A stretch of 32,000 nt of DNA from Desulfobulbus propionicus DSM 2032 (lineage in GTDB: Bacteria > Desulfobacterota > Desulfobulbia > Desulfobulbales > Desulfobulbaceae). The position numbers and the translations under genes are program-made. The stretch is from the NCBI RefSeq assembly GCF_000186885.1, contig NC_014972.1, forward strand, positions 1,740,001 through 1,772,000. Reading direction: 5' to 3'. The notes beneath the pieces were generated by a model. The model was not told the origin of the DNA. It worked only from the letters and a program-made list of their open reading frames with translations, and did not search any database. Numbering within the stretch: position 1 is the stretch's first letter; each line of letters starts with the position of its first letter. This document shows, piece by piece, positions 23,957 through 32,000 of the stretch.

Positions 23957-25861
23957 TCAGCGCGGACCGCCGCCGGGGACAAAGGGATTGTAGTGGTTGG
24001 CCACCATGACCATCCAAGCCGTGGCGCAGGTGCTGGGGATGGGGTTGGCGTACCAGCCGAAGGGGATGGAATGGCGGCGGCTGGCGTAGAGATAAGGCCG
24101 GGTGGCGAGCGGGAAAAGGGAGCGGTAGCGCTGCGGCTGGCCGGGGAAGGGGGTGTCGGCGTAGGTGTCGACCCTGAGCCGTTCCATGGCGGCCAGCATC
24201 GACTGTTCGTCGGCGTGCAGGGTGTCGAGGAACGCGCGTGCCTGTTGTGTCCCTGGCGAGGCGGGGGACAGGGTGCGGTAATGGTCGATCAGACTGCGCA
24301 CCATGGTGATGGCCCCGGCAGTCCATTCGACCGACAGCACCCCCTGACGGAAGCGGCCGGCCGCATCAAGGCCGTTCCCATCGCGGTCGGAGAAGCCCAC
24401 ACCCCACAAGGTGGTGCCTTCACCGTAACCGCCCCAGCCCTTGACCTGCTGCCAGGCCCGGTAGGCGGAACCGAAGCCGAACCAGCCGTCGATCCGCTCC
24501 GCGCCCAGGGCGGCGATGCCCCAGGTGGTGACATCCACCGCTTCAGCTTCCCGGGCCGGGCGCCAACGCTCCTTGGTCGCCGGATCGTCGGCATAACCAC
24601 CTTGGACGAATGCACCGTCCTGCCAGGCATGGTGACGGAAAAAATGAAGCAGTCCCAAGGTGGTTCGACTGACACCCCCGCCACCGATCTCGCCGCCGTC
24701 GATCATCGCCCCGCTCAGGCGCAGGGCAATGTCGATGCGTTCCCGGTCGGCAGGCGAGAGGGTGTTGTCCTGTCGCAGGGTTGTCTCCAGGGTGGCGCGC
24801 AGCAGGCGCAGGCCTGCATAGAGGCTGATATTGTTTTCCACGGCCACAAAATGCGGATCGATCAATTGCCCGCCCTGGTTGGCCACCGTGCCCGCCGGTG
24901 CATGATAGACCGCTCCCAGGGACGATTGCAGGGCCGCAAAGGTTGGCAGCAGGGCGAGAGCGTTGCTCAGGGCTGGATCGTGCAACGGCACGAAGGCTGC
25001 TTTCCGCTCGACCCGGTAATGGAGATCGGCGGCCTGCAACGGCCCGAGCAGGAAGGCCCAGGCGTTTTCACCGGTGATCGGCTTCCAGTCGGTCCAGTTA
25101 ACCGTGCCGGCTTGGTATTCGGGGTTCGGCGCCGGCAGGCCGGCGGTCTTGATCAGACGGGCGTAGAGGCTGGCGGCCAGGGGGTCGCGGGAGAGCCAGG
25201 TGCGCGGCAGCATGCGGAAGGAAAAGGCCCTGGCCGGCTCGGTGATCCGTTGGCCGTTGTAGACAAAGACCGGGCCGACGGTCACGGCGCGGGAGGCTCC
25301 GAACACAGGATAAGGGCTGTCGCCGCTGTGTGCTTCGGTCAGCAGCAGATTCTGGTTGCTGACCAAGCCATAGGGGTCCTGGCCGGGAGCCAGATCCAGG
25401 CGGTTGACGGTCCGGCCGAGCATGACCGCGATCTGCCAGGTGGCGGCATCGTAGATGCTGGCGCCGTTGTGCGTGTTGATCCGTTCGGTTTGCAGGTCGC
25501 CAGCCGACGATGGTTCCGGCAGCAGGGTGTAGGTGTGCGGATTGTAGACATCGACCACGGTACAGTCAGCCATGGCGCAAACATGCTCGCCCCAATAGGC
25601 GGCACTGTCGTGATAGCTGAGGGGCAGCTGCCGTCCGGCCAGCTTGCCGCTGGTGGCGGTATAGAGAATACCGCCCGCGTCCCGCTCGCTGAGGAGAAAA
25701 CGGTAGGCTGCTTGCAGGTCAGGCGGCTGGGCCGCCGCTGGCAGGGCGCTGAACAGCAGCGGCGCCAACACGAGCAGGATACATGCTGCCCTCAGTCCGG
25801 CCGTTCGGCGCAGACGCTCTTCGTGACACGGCGTCATCCGGTCTTTCATCCCTGCCTCCAT
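23957..25861 (-). CDS. Secreted protein of unknown function, possibly an (alpha/alpha)6-barrel glycoside-hydrolase-like fold
   Basis: 634 aa. Signal peptide AACILLVLAPLLFSALPAAAQ. Recurrent aromatic-rich helix-end segments (GENAWAFLLGP, NNISLYAGLRLL, DVTTWGIAALG, STCATAWMVMVANHYNPF) suggest a toroidal helical repeat. I recognise no catalytic motif. Confidence 0.6.
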   Translation of the reverse strand: MEAGMKDRMTPCHEERLRRTAGLRAACILLVLAPLLFSALPAAAQPPDLQAAYRFLLSERDAGGILYTATSGKLAGRQLPLSYHDSAAYWGEHVCAMADCTVVDVYNPHTYTLLPEPSSAGDLQTERINTHNGASIYDAATWQIAVMLGRTVNRLDLAPGQDPYGLVSNQNLLLTEAHSGDSPYPVFGASRAVTVGPVFVYNGQRITEPARAFSFRMLPRTWLSRDPLAASLYARLIKTAGLPAPNPEYQAGTVNWTDWKPITGENAWAFLLGPLQAADLHYRVERKAAFVPLHDPALSNALALLPTFAALQSSLGAVYHAPAGTVANQGGQLIDPHFVAVENNISLYAGLRLLRATLETTLRQDNTLSPADRERIDIALRLSGAMIDGGEIGGGGVSRTTLGLLHFFRHHAWQDGAFVQGGYADDPATKERWRPAREAEAVDVTTWGIAALGAERIDGWFGFGSAYRAWQQVKGWGGYGEGTTLWGVGFSDRDGNGLDAAGRFRQGVLSVEWTAGAITMVRSLIDHYRTLSPASPGTQQARAFLDTLHADEQSMLAAMERLRVDTYADTPFPGQPQRYRSLFPLATRPYLYASRRHSIPFGWYANPIPSTCATAWMVMVANHYNPFVPGGGPR

Positions 25862-25903
25862 GGGTTGCGCATCAACGGCACCGAAAAAAATGGTGTTCTC
25901 TCC

Positions 25904-26476
25904 CTAGGGTTTGCGGCAGAGCTCCATTCCCAGTTGCAAGGCCCCGTCCATGAGTTCGTTCTTTTCGGCCACGGCGCCCTTGACCTCCACCCCCTGAGCG
26001 AGCAGTTCACCGCTGTAGCTGAATTCCATGGCGTCGAAGGCGTAGCGTACGGTCAGGCGGGCACCGTCGAAGATCTTGCCGCCGTCGGTGGCGGCCACGC
26101 TGACCATGTAACCGCGCCGGTACTCGCGTTCCGGCTTGATTTCGCCCAGGAGATACTTGCGGCACCACAGGGCCTGGCAGCGATCGATGAAGGCCTTGGT
26201 CTGGGCCGTGACCCCGTAGAAATAGATGGGTGAACCGATGACGATGCGGTTGGCGGCGTCGATCTTGCGATATAGCAGGGTCATGTCGTCCTTGAAGATG
26301 CACTCGCCCTCGTTTTCGCAATGGCCGCAACCGGTACAGGGATGGATGACCAGATGAGCCAGGTGGATGTGTTCGGCCTTGTGGCCGGCGCGGACGATGC
26401 CGCGCTCGATCTGTTCCAGCAACAGGTCGGTGTTGCCGTGCTTGCGAGGACTGCCGTTGAAAATGAGGATATTCAT
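25904..26476 (-). CDS. Iron-sulfur flavoprotein / NADPH-dependent FMN reductase family protein
   Basis: 190 aa. MNILIFNGSPRKHGNT flavodoxin-like FMN site, IVIGSPIYFYGVTAQTKAFIDR, and a compact Cys cluster CTGCGHCENEGEC as in Isf-type proteins. Confidence 0.8.
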   Translation of the reverse strand: MNILIFNGSPRKHGNTDLLLEQIERGIVRAGHKAEHIHLAHLVIHPCTGCGHCENEGECIFKDDMTLLYRKIDAANRIVIGSPIYFYGVTAQTKAFIDRCQALWCRKYLLGEIKPEREYRRGYMVSVAATDGGKIFDGARLTVRYAFDAMEFSYSGELLAQGVEVKGAVAEKNELMDGALQLGMELCRKP

Positions 26477-26633
26477 GGGATCGCTCTTTCAGGATTTCTG
26501 TTCCGGAACGGGACAAGGGATCGGGGCGCGTCAACGGAGCCACCTTAAAGCAAGAACAGGACAAAATCCAATGTTTTCCTCGTTGCGCCCAGCACTGGCA
26601 GGAGTAGGTGCCTGGCCACTGTCGATGCCATGA

Positions 26634-27386
26634 TCAGTCGCTATCTGCTCTGCAAACCGGGGTACGGCGATGCACTGAGGCCAAGTCAGAGAAGGTGGCG
26701 GGAGCAGCCGGCGTTTGCTCCCTGGCCTGCCACTGATCGAGCATCTCGTTGATTCCGGTATACACGGCAACCACGTCCTGGGGAAGATCGGCGCCGGTGC
26801 AGCGGCGCATGGTCTCGCCGTTGCGATGGGCAACGATGACCGCGTGGATTTCTTCAAGCGGCTGCACCACCCGTCGGGTCAGACTGCGGATGAAGATGAT
26901 TCCCGCCAGGAAGGCCGACATGGCCATGAACGCCACCCCCCAGGCACCGCTGCGGCCCAGGTGCTGGGCATGCCGGTCGGCGACGGTCATTGCCTCGCGG
27001 TTGATGCTGCCCAGCAGCACGATGGCCTCCACCGTGATGCGGCGGGCTTCGGGATCGCCGTTGAACAGGGCGGCGCGGTGCGTCTCGATCCGTTGCAGCG
27101 GGGCCGGTTCCAACGCTTCGGTGATGTTGGTCCTGGCCCGTTCAAAGGCGGACTTGAAGACCTCGCGTTGCTGCGGGGAAAAGGGGCCGCTCCGGTCCAC
27201 TTTGGCCATCAGGGCCAGCATATCCTCGCAGGCCTGCAACGACCGTTCGTTGCGTTCGATGATCATGGCGATGGCCGGCGCCATGTGCGAAAAAATGGCG
27301 ATGGCGCCGACAGCCATGAGCAGATTGAGGCCGACGAGAATCCAGGCTCCCACCCGGACAGCGTGAGCAAGCCGCATGTCAGACAC
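26634..27386 (-). CDS. Membrane protein with two TM helices flanking a helical periplasmic region, plus a short HAMP-like cytoplasmic tail; no output domain
   Basis: 250 aa. TM1 VGAWILVGLNLLMAVGAIAIF, TM2 WGVAFMAMSAFLAGIIFI, then RSLTRRVVQPLEEIHAVIVAHRNGE...VYTGINEMLD. GTG 27386 or ATG 27377 overlaps or abuts the trkA stop at 27379-27381. Confidence 0.6.
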   Translation of the reverse strand: MSDMRLAHAVRVGAWILVGLNLLMAVGAIAIFSHMAPAIAMIIERNERSLQACEDMLALMAKVDRSGPFSPQQREVFKSAFERARTNITEALEPAPLQRIETHRAALFNGDPEARRITVEAIVLLGSINREAMTVADRHAQHLGRSGAWGVAFMAMSAFLAGIIFIRSLTRRVVQPLEEIHAVIVAHRNGETMRRCTGADLPQDVVAVYTGINEMLDQWQAREQTPAAPATFSDLASVHRRTPVCRADSD

Positions 27387-28038
27387 CTCGGGTCAGTTTG
27401 GGGATGGCCGATTCGCTGGAAACGATGATCAGCCGGTCATCGGCCTCCAACGGTGCATGGGGATCGGGCTGGAGGACCCGGCTGGGCGCGCCGCGGCGCA
27501 CGGCGACCACCATGACCCCGAATCGGCGCGGCAGGGCAAGCTCGACCAAACTCTTGCCGATCATCGACGAATGGATCGACATCTCGGTGAGATGCAGGTC
27601 GTCGCCCAACGGCATGTCGGAGATTACCTGCCGGTTGAGCAGGCGATTGGCAAAGCGTCTGCCGAATTCTTCTTCCGGGGTGACGACCAGATGCGCGCCG
27701 ACCAGCTGGAGAATGCGCCGGTGCATGGCGTTGTTGGCCCGGCCGATCACCCAGGGTGCCCCCATCTGGCGGAGCAGGGCGGTGCAGATGATCGACGCCT
27801 CCTTTGAGTCGTCGCCGATGGCGCAAACCGAGCAGTCGCGTCGTGCCGGCTGCAATCGGGCCAATTCGCTTTCGTCGGTCGCGTCGATCATCACCGCCTC
27901 GGTGACAAAGGCGGCAGCCTCGTCCACCAGATTTTTCCGCCGATCCACCGCCAGGACCTCCGCCCCCTTTTCCGACAGGGTGCGGGCCAACGACATGCCG
28001 AATTGTCCGAGTCCGATGATGAGTACTTGCTGGGTCAT
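27379..28038 (-). CDS. trkA: Potassium uptake protein, NAD-binding RCK subunit (TrkA/KtrA type)
   Basis: 219 aa. Rossmann motif VLIIGLGQFGMSLARTLSEKGAEVLAVD, followed by a TrkA-C-like domain (GKSLVELALPRRFGVMVVAVRR). Confidence 0.9.
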   Translation of the reverse strand: MTQQVLIIGLGQFGMSLARTLSEKGAEVLAVDRRKNLVDEAAAFVTEAVMIDATDESELARLQPARRDCSVCAIGDDSKEASIICTALLRQMGAPWVIGRANNAMHRRILQLVGAHLVVTPEEEFGRRFANRLLNRQVISDMPLGDDLHLTEMSIHSSMIGKSLVELALPRRFGVMVVAVRRGAPSRVLQPDPHAPLEADDRLIIVSSESAIPKLTRGV

Positions 28039-28048
28039 GGGGAATTGG

Positions 28049-30067
28049 TCAGGTTAAGGTGATGCGGGCATCGGGACACCGGGAGCCGGTGGCCTGAAGA
28101 TCGCCGCTCAGGAGGGTGAACAGCGTCATCGGACCGATGCGGCCGATGAACATGGTCAACATGACGATGATTTTTCCTATTTCGTCGAGATGGGGCGTCA
28201 CGCCCAGCGACAATCCCACCGTGCCGAGAGCCGAGGTTGCCTCGAAGATCAGCGCTCGGGCGGGCAGCGGCTGGGTGAGTACCAGGGCCATGACCATGAC
28301 CAGCCAGATCATGGCTCCGGATGCCAGAACGGTGATGCCGCGATTGATGACGCTTTGCGGAATCCTTCTGTTCTGGGCGATGACTTCGTCGCGGCCGGTG
28401 ATGCAGGCCCAAAAGGTCATGGCCAGGATGCCGACGGTGGTGGTCTTGATGCCGCCCGCGGTACCTCCCGGACTGCCGCCGATGAACATGAAGCTGAGCA
28501 TGATCAGCAGGGTCGGGCTGAGCACGTTGCCCAGGTCGATGGAATTGAACCCGGCAGTGCGCAGGGTGACCGATTGAAACCAGGCGTTGTGCAGTTTGTC
28601 GGGCAGGGAAAGCCCATCGAGGGCGTTGTGCCATTCGAACATCAAAAAACACAGCGTTCCGGTGAGCAGCAGGGCGGTGGTGGTCACCAGGGCGATGCGC
28701 GGGGCGAGGGCAATCTTCTTTCCCCGGACCCACTGGGGAAGAAGCAGACAGGTGGCCGGGGCCAGGCCGCCGAGCACAATCAGGGCGGCCACGGTATGCA
28801 GGACCAGCGGTTGGGACTGGTAGGGCACCAGGTTGGCGCTTTGCAGGGCGAATCCGGCGTTGCAGAAGGCGGAAATCGACGTGAACAGCCCTTGCCACAG
28901 GGCCTGGGGCAGGGAATCGGCCGTGTCGAGAAAACAGAGGGACAGCAGAACGGCGCCGGCCAGTTCGGTCAGCAGGGTGAAACGGACAATGGTCAGCAGG
29001 GAGTCGATCAGGTCCTGATGGCTGGTTTCGGTCAGGGTGGTCAGCAGCCGTTCCTGGCGCAGGCTCAACCGCTTGCCCATGGCGTGCAGGGCCACGGTGG
29101 TGAGGGTCATGATGCCGAAGCCGCCCAGTTGGATGAGCAGCAGGATGCATCCCTGTCCCAACAGGGTGAAGTCCCTGGGGGTGTCGAGCACGGTCAGGCC
29201 GGTGACGCAGACCGCGCTGACCGATGTGAAGGCGGCGTCGACCAGGGTGATGCTTTGTTCGGTGGTCGCCCAGGGAAGCTGGAGGAGCAAGGCACCGGCG
29301 AGGCACAGGACGAAAAAAGTGGTGATCAGCACCCGGGCGGGATGATTGAGAAAGGGTTCCCACCACTGCTCCCGGGGCTCCAGTCCGGAGGTCGCGCCGG
29401 GCAGAAAGAACAGGGTGGCCAGGCCGAGGCAGAGCGTGACCAGTTGGCCGCATCCGCTGTACAGGCCGATGCCGCTCACAGCCAAGGCCGTAAGGGGCAA
29501 TAGCGCCCAGCTCAACCGCGCCGGTCCTCGATGGGCTGTCCAGATCCAGTGAAGCACCACGAGCTGGGTGAGGATCGTCGATCCCGCCACGGCCGCATCG
29601 CCGATCCAGAGCCGTGCGGGGTTGAGGGCAAAGGAAGCCAGGGTCAGGAGCAACGAGGTCCAAACCGCGCTCCTGGCTCGTTGCAACCGTCTGTAAACGG
29701 CATGGCCACGTTGTTCAACCAGGTTGTGCGGCGCAAGCTCGCTGAGGAAATATCCGGCCTGCATGACGACCACCGCCCCGATCAGGGCCGACAAGGGCTC
29801 GGTGGCAAAAGCGGGGAAACCGGCGAGGGCGCATCCGACCAGGGCCAGGAAGCCGAACAGTTTGCCCAGACGGAATTGCCGTGACAGCAGGAGCGCCGCA
29901 GCCAGACAGGCGAGGGCGGCGACGAGGGCGGCGGCCCGGCTCCAGGGCGGCGATCCGGCGGTGCCGACTAGGCAGGTGAGAAGCGGGGGCAGCGGGACCA
30001 GGGACAACAGGATGCCTTCGATTCCGGCCTTGGCTCGGGAGGGGCGCGATGCAACGATCAATTCCAC
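28049..30067 (-). CDS. trkH: TrkH/KtrB family potassium transporter with an N-terminal polytopic extension of about 240 aa
   Basis: 672 aa. Selectivity-filter-like repeats SAVCVTGL, QLGGFGI, NAGF, RTAGF and TSALGTVGLSLG are typical of KtrB/TrkH. The family core begins near PARVLITTFFVLCLAGALLL (about aa 243). GTG start 30067 with AAGGA 9 nt upstream; the start site is uncertain. Confidence 0.88.
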   Translation of the reverse strand: MELIVASRPSRAKAGIEGILLSLVPLPPLLTCLVGTAGSPPWSRAAALVAALACLAAALLLSRQFRLGKLFGFLALVGCALAGFPAFATEPLSALIGAVVVMQAGYFLSELAPHNLVEQRGHAVYRRLQRARSAVWTSLLLTLASFALNPARLWIGDAAVAGSTILTQLVVLHWIWTAHRGPARLSWALLPLTALAVSGIGLYSGCGQLVTLCLGLATLFFLPGATSGLEPREQWWEPFLNHPARVLITTFFVLCLAGALLLQLPWATTEQSITLVDAAFTSVSAVCVTGLTVLDTPRDFTLLGQGCILLLIQLGGFGIMTLTTVALHAMGKRLSLRQERLLTTLTETSHQDLIDSLLTIVRFTLLTELAGAVLLSLCFLDTADSLPQALWQGLFTSISAFCNAGFALQSANLVPYQSQPLVLHTVAALIVLGGLAPATCLLLPQWVRGKKIALAPRIALVTTTALLLTGTLCFLMFEWHNALDGLSLPDKLHNAWFQSVTLRTAGFNSIDLGNVLSPTLLIMLSFMFIGGSPGGTAGGIKTTTVGILAMTFWACITGRDEVIAQNRRIPQSVINRGITVLASGAMIWLVMVMALVLTQPLPARALIFEATSALGTVGLSLGVTPHLDEIGKIIVMLTMFIGRIGPMTLFTLLSGDLQATGSRCPDARITLT

Positions 30068-30156
30068 GGCGGGTGTCCTTGGGCAAGCGGGCAGCGCTGG
30101 TCAACGGCGGCTGAGGTTGGCACGGCCGGCGATGCGCAACGGGGGCGGAAACAGGC

Positions 30157-30699
30157 TTATCCCTTGTTGTCGGAGGTATCCAGATACCGCGATAGATAGA
30201 GGGACTGGAGGACAATGAACACCAGGGTCAGACCGAGCATGCCGAACAGTTTGAAGTTGACCCAGGTATCACTGTCAAAAAAGGTCATGACATAGAGATT
30301 GGCCGCGCCCATGGCCAGAAAAAAGACTACCCAGCCGAGGTTGAGGCGGCGCCAGATGGGTGTCGGCAGGGTGATGTTGCCGGCCAGCATGCGTTCGACC
30401 GCGGTCTTGCGGCCGACCAGCTGGCTGGCGAGGAACACCCCGGCGAAAATCCAGTTGATGATCGTCGGCTTCCATTTGATGAATTGTTCGTCATGGAGGT
30501 AGAGGGTCAGGCCGCCGAAGACGACGATCACCGCCAGGGTGACCAGCTGCATGGCCGCCACGGTGCGGGTTCTCACCCAGAGAATGGCGATCTGGACAAA
30601 GGTGGCGGCGATGGCCGCCGCAGTGGCCACGTAGATGTCGAACAGCTTGTAGGCGAGAAAAAAGAGCAGGATCGGAAAGAAATCAAACAGCAGTTTCAT
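30157..30699 (-). CDS. yciB: Intracellular septation protein A (YciB/IspZ) family inner-membrane protein
   Basis: 180 aa. MKLLFDFFPILLFFLAYKLFDIYVATAAAIAATFVQI, then five predicted TM helices, matching the YciB N-terminal signature. Confidence 0.85.
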   Translation of the reverse strand: MKLLFDFFPILLFFLAYKLFDIYVATAAAIAATFVQIAILWVRTRTVAAMQLVTLAVIVVFGGLTLYLHDEQFIKWKPTIINWIFAGVFLASQLVGRKTAVERMLAGNITLPTPIWRRLNLGWVVFFLAMGAANLYVMTFFDSDTWVNFKLFGMLGLTLVFIVLQSLYLSRYLDTSDNKG

Positions 30700-30833
30700 G
30701 GAGCACCAGACGGTTGTCGCAAGCGGTTGGCAAGGAAAATGGAATGGGGCATCATACCGTTTTCAGTGGCCGGGGCGCAAGAAGCATCGACAAGGCTCCC
30801 TTGCCGCCGATCCTCCCCCGCGCCATGCACCGG

Positions 30834-31976
30834 TCAGGGCTTCGCGGCCTGCGATTCGAACCGAGGCCGGTCGATCCAATAGGGGGCCGCCACGCCGCGC
30901 CGATAGGCATCCAGGGCCTCGGGCGACGAGTTGACCCGTAGGTTGCTGTAACTGCCGTCGGCGTTTTCCCACCGTTCATGCCAGTAGACCGCCAGCCGAA
31001 CCCGTGGGTAATGGGTGGGCAGAAGGCGGAAGGCCTCGGCGATGAATCCGGCCTTGTCGCCCGGAGGAAACTCGCCCACGCCCCATTCGGCGAGAAAAAT
31101 CGGTTTGTGCGCATCCAATTGACTGATCTCCCGGTAGGGTTCATCCATCATCCGGAAAAATTCGGCCCAGCCCTCGGCTTTGTTCATCTTGCCGTAGACG
31201 CTCAGTCCCAGCCAGTCGACATAGGCCGATCCCGGATAATAGCTGGCCATGCGGTTCCATGCGTTTCGGGGCGTGCTGAAGTTGTTGGCGTGAAAACCCC
31301 ACCGCACATTGGTCGCCCCCTGCCTGCGCACCCGGTCGACCACATACCGGTAGGCCTGTTTGAAGGTTTCGGGCCCCTGATACAGGGGATGGCCGTCCCG
31401 GTGGCCGATGACCTTGCCCCCGCCGTAATAACAGCCGGACCAGGGAAACCAGGTGCCGTTCATCTCCAGGCCCCAGGTCACCAGCAGGTGCCGGCCGTCG
31501 TCGCGCGCCGCCATGGCCCAGGCATCGATGTACCGATCCCATTTGCCGGCCAGGATATCGAGCAGTTTGAATCGGTCCGGTCCCTTGCCCTCTGCGTAGG
31601 GCTTGTCCCACGGCGACCAGAAAATAAGCGGCACGGCGCCGTACTTGGCGACAATGCGCACCGTTTTGGCGGGAAAGGCCTGATCGCCCCAGAAATTGCC
31701 AAAGGCCACCACCGCCAGATGTTTGCCGGTCATCCGTTCAAAGCCGGTCAGGGCATCGTAGGTGACTTCGGCCTCTCCCTCGCCAAAATCCACATAGGCG
31801 CCGGTGTAGGCGCCGTTGACGGGCATGACCAGGGTGGCCGGTTCCTTGGCTGCTCCGATCGGTGCCGTCTTGCCGCTGGGGAGGGAATCATCCCGACACC
31901 CTTCGATGAACAGGGCGGCCAAACAAAGGGTGACAATGACCACAACGCGTTGCACAGCTTGTTTGTTGATCGGCAT
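30834..31976 (-). CDS. Glycoside hydrolase family 26-like lipoprotein (beta-mannanase/endoglucanase-like)
   Basis: Start set to ATG 31976 (GGGAGG 4 nt upstream); the track start is 31988. Lipobox LAALFIEGC. GH26-type catalytic blocks VTWGLEMNGTWFPWSG (acid/base Glu) and PIFLAEWGV (nucleophile Glu). Confidence 0.78.
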   Translation of the reverse strand: MPINKQAVQRVVVIVTLCLAALFIEGCRDDSLPSGKTAPIGAAKEPATLVMPVNGAYTGAYVDFGEGEAEVTYDALTGFERMTGKHLAVVAFGNFWGDQAFPAKTVRIVAKYGAVPLIFWSPWDKPYAEGKGPDRFKLLDILAGKWDRYIDAWAMAARDDGRHLLVTWGLEMNGTWFPWSGCYYGGGKVIGHRDGHPLYQGPETFKQAYRYVVDRVRRQGATNVRWGFHANNFSTPRNAWNRMASYYPGSAYVDWLGLSVYGKMNKAEGWAEFFRMMDEPYREISQLDAHKPIFLAEWGVGEFPPGDKAGFIAEAFRLLPTHYPRVRLAVYWHERWENADGSYSNLRVNSSPEALDAYRRGVAAPYWIDRPRFESQAAKP

Positions 31977-32000
31977 GCAGCCTCCCATGTCAGGTTGTGT

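Noticed and set aside
23936-26233. 765-aa plus-strand ORF
   Set aside because: It runs antisense across two separate minus-strand genes (the secreted 634-aa protein and the flavoprotein) and the gap between them. Its composition is typical of a shadow ORF, and it has no recognisable domain.
28035-29663. 542-aa same-strand alternate-frame ORF and a 437-aa antisense ORF (28190-29503) within trkH
   Set aside because: The trkH frame contains the KtrB/TrkH pore-loop motifs. The alternatives are Arg/Pro/His/Gly-rich shadow frames.
1-32000. Scan for CRISPR arrays, tRNA/rRNA genes, IS elements, integrases, toxin-antitoxin pairs and phage-defence genes
   Set aside because: I saw no regularly spaced direct repeats, no cloverleaf-like conserved tRNA segments, no transposase or recombinase motifs, and no terminal inverted repeats. 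The window looks like core chromosome with a few AT-rich insertions.

Overview
About 60% GC chromosomal segment. The gene content suggests an anaerobic Desulfobacterota-like (deltaproteobacterial) genome, but that is inference only. I support 27 protein-coding genes. By eye I found no rRNA, tRNA, CRISPR array, transposase, integrase or phage gene. Left to right: 3' end of an HDAC/acetylpolyamine-amidohydrolase-family gene; a methyl-accepting chemotaxis protein; a STAS-like/PilZ protein; AsmA; mobB-corA; a PurF-like gene with a PNPOx-like gene; a large hybrid histidine kinase; a small LysW-like acidic zinc-ribbon gene plus an arginase-fold gene with altered metal ligands; potABCD; larE-like; a hemerythrin-PilZ fusion; cobO plus a tandem CN-hydrolase; a small STAS-like gene; a 634-aa secreted protein; an iron-sulfur flavoprotein; a sensor-like membrane protein overlapping trkA; trkH with a long N-terminal extension; yciB; a GH26-like lipoprotein. 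The best candidate for something undescribed is the LysW-like carrier homolog with the non-canonical ureohydrolase (13995-15128). It sits directly upstream of a structured leader and terminator preceding potABCD, and no LysX/Z/Y/J/K partner is in the window. Other points of interest: two c-di-GMP (PilZ) effector fusions in AT-rich sequence, one with a sharp intragenic composition seam; a PurF paralog lacking the N-terminal catalytic Cys; a duplicated CN-hydrolase with a degenerate second domain coupled to cobO; and a Trk module with extra membrane and sensor parts. Most long ORFs in the supplied track are antisense or alternate-frame shadows of these genes and were rejected. All function calls rest on motif recognition by eye; no database search was run.
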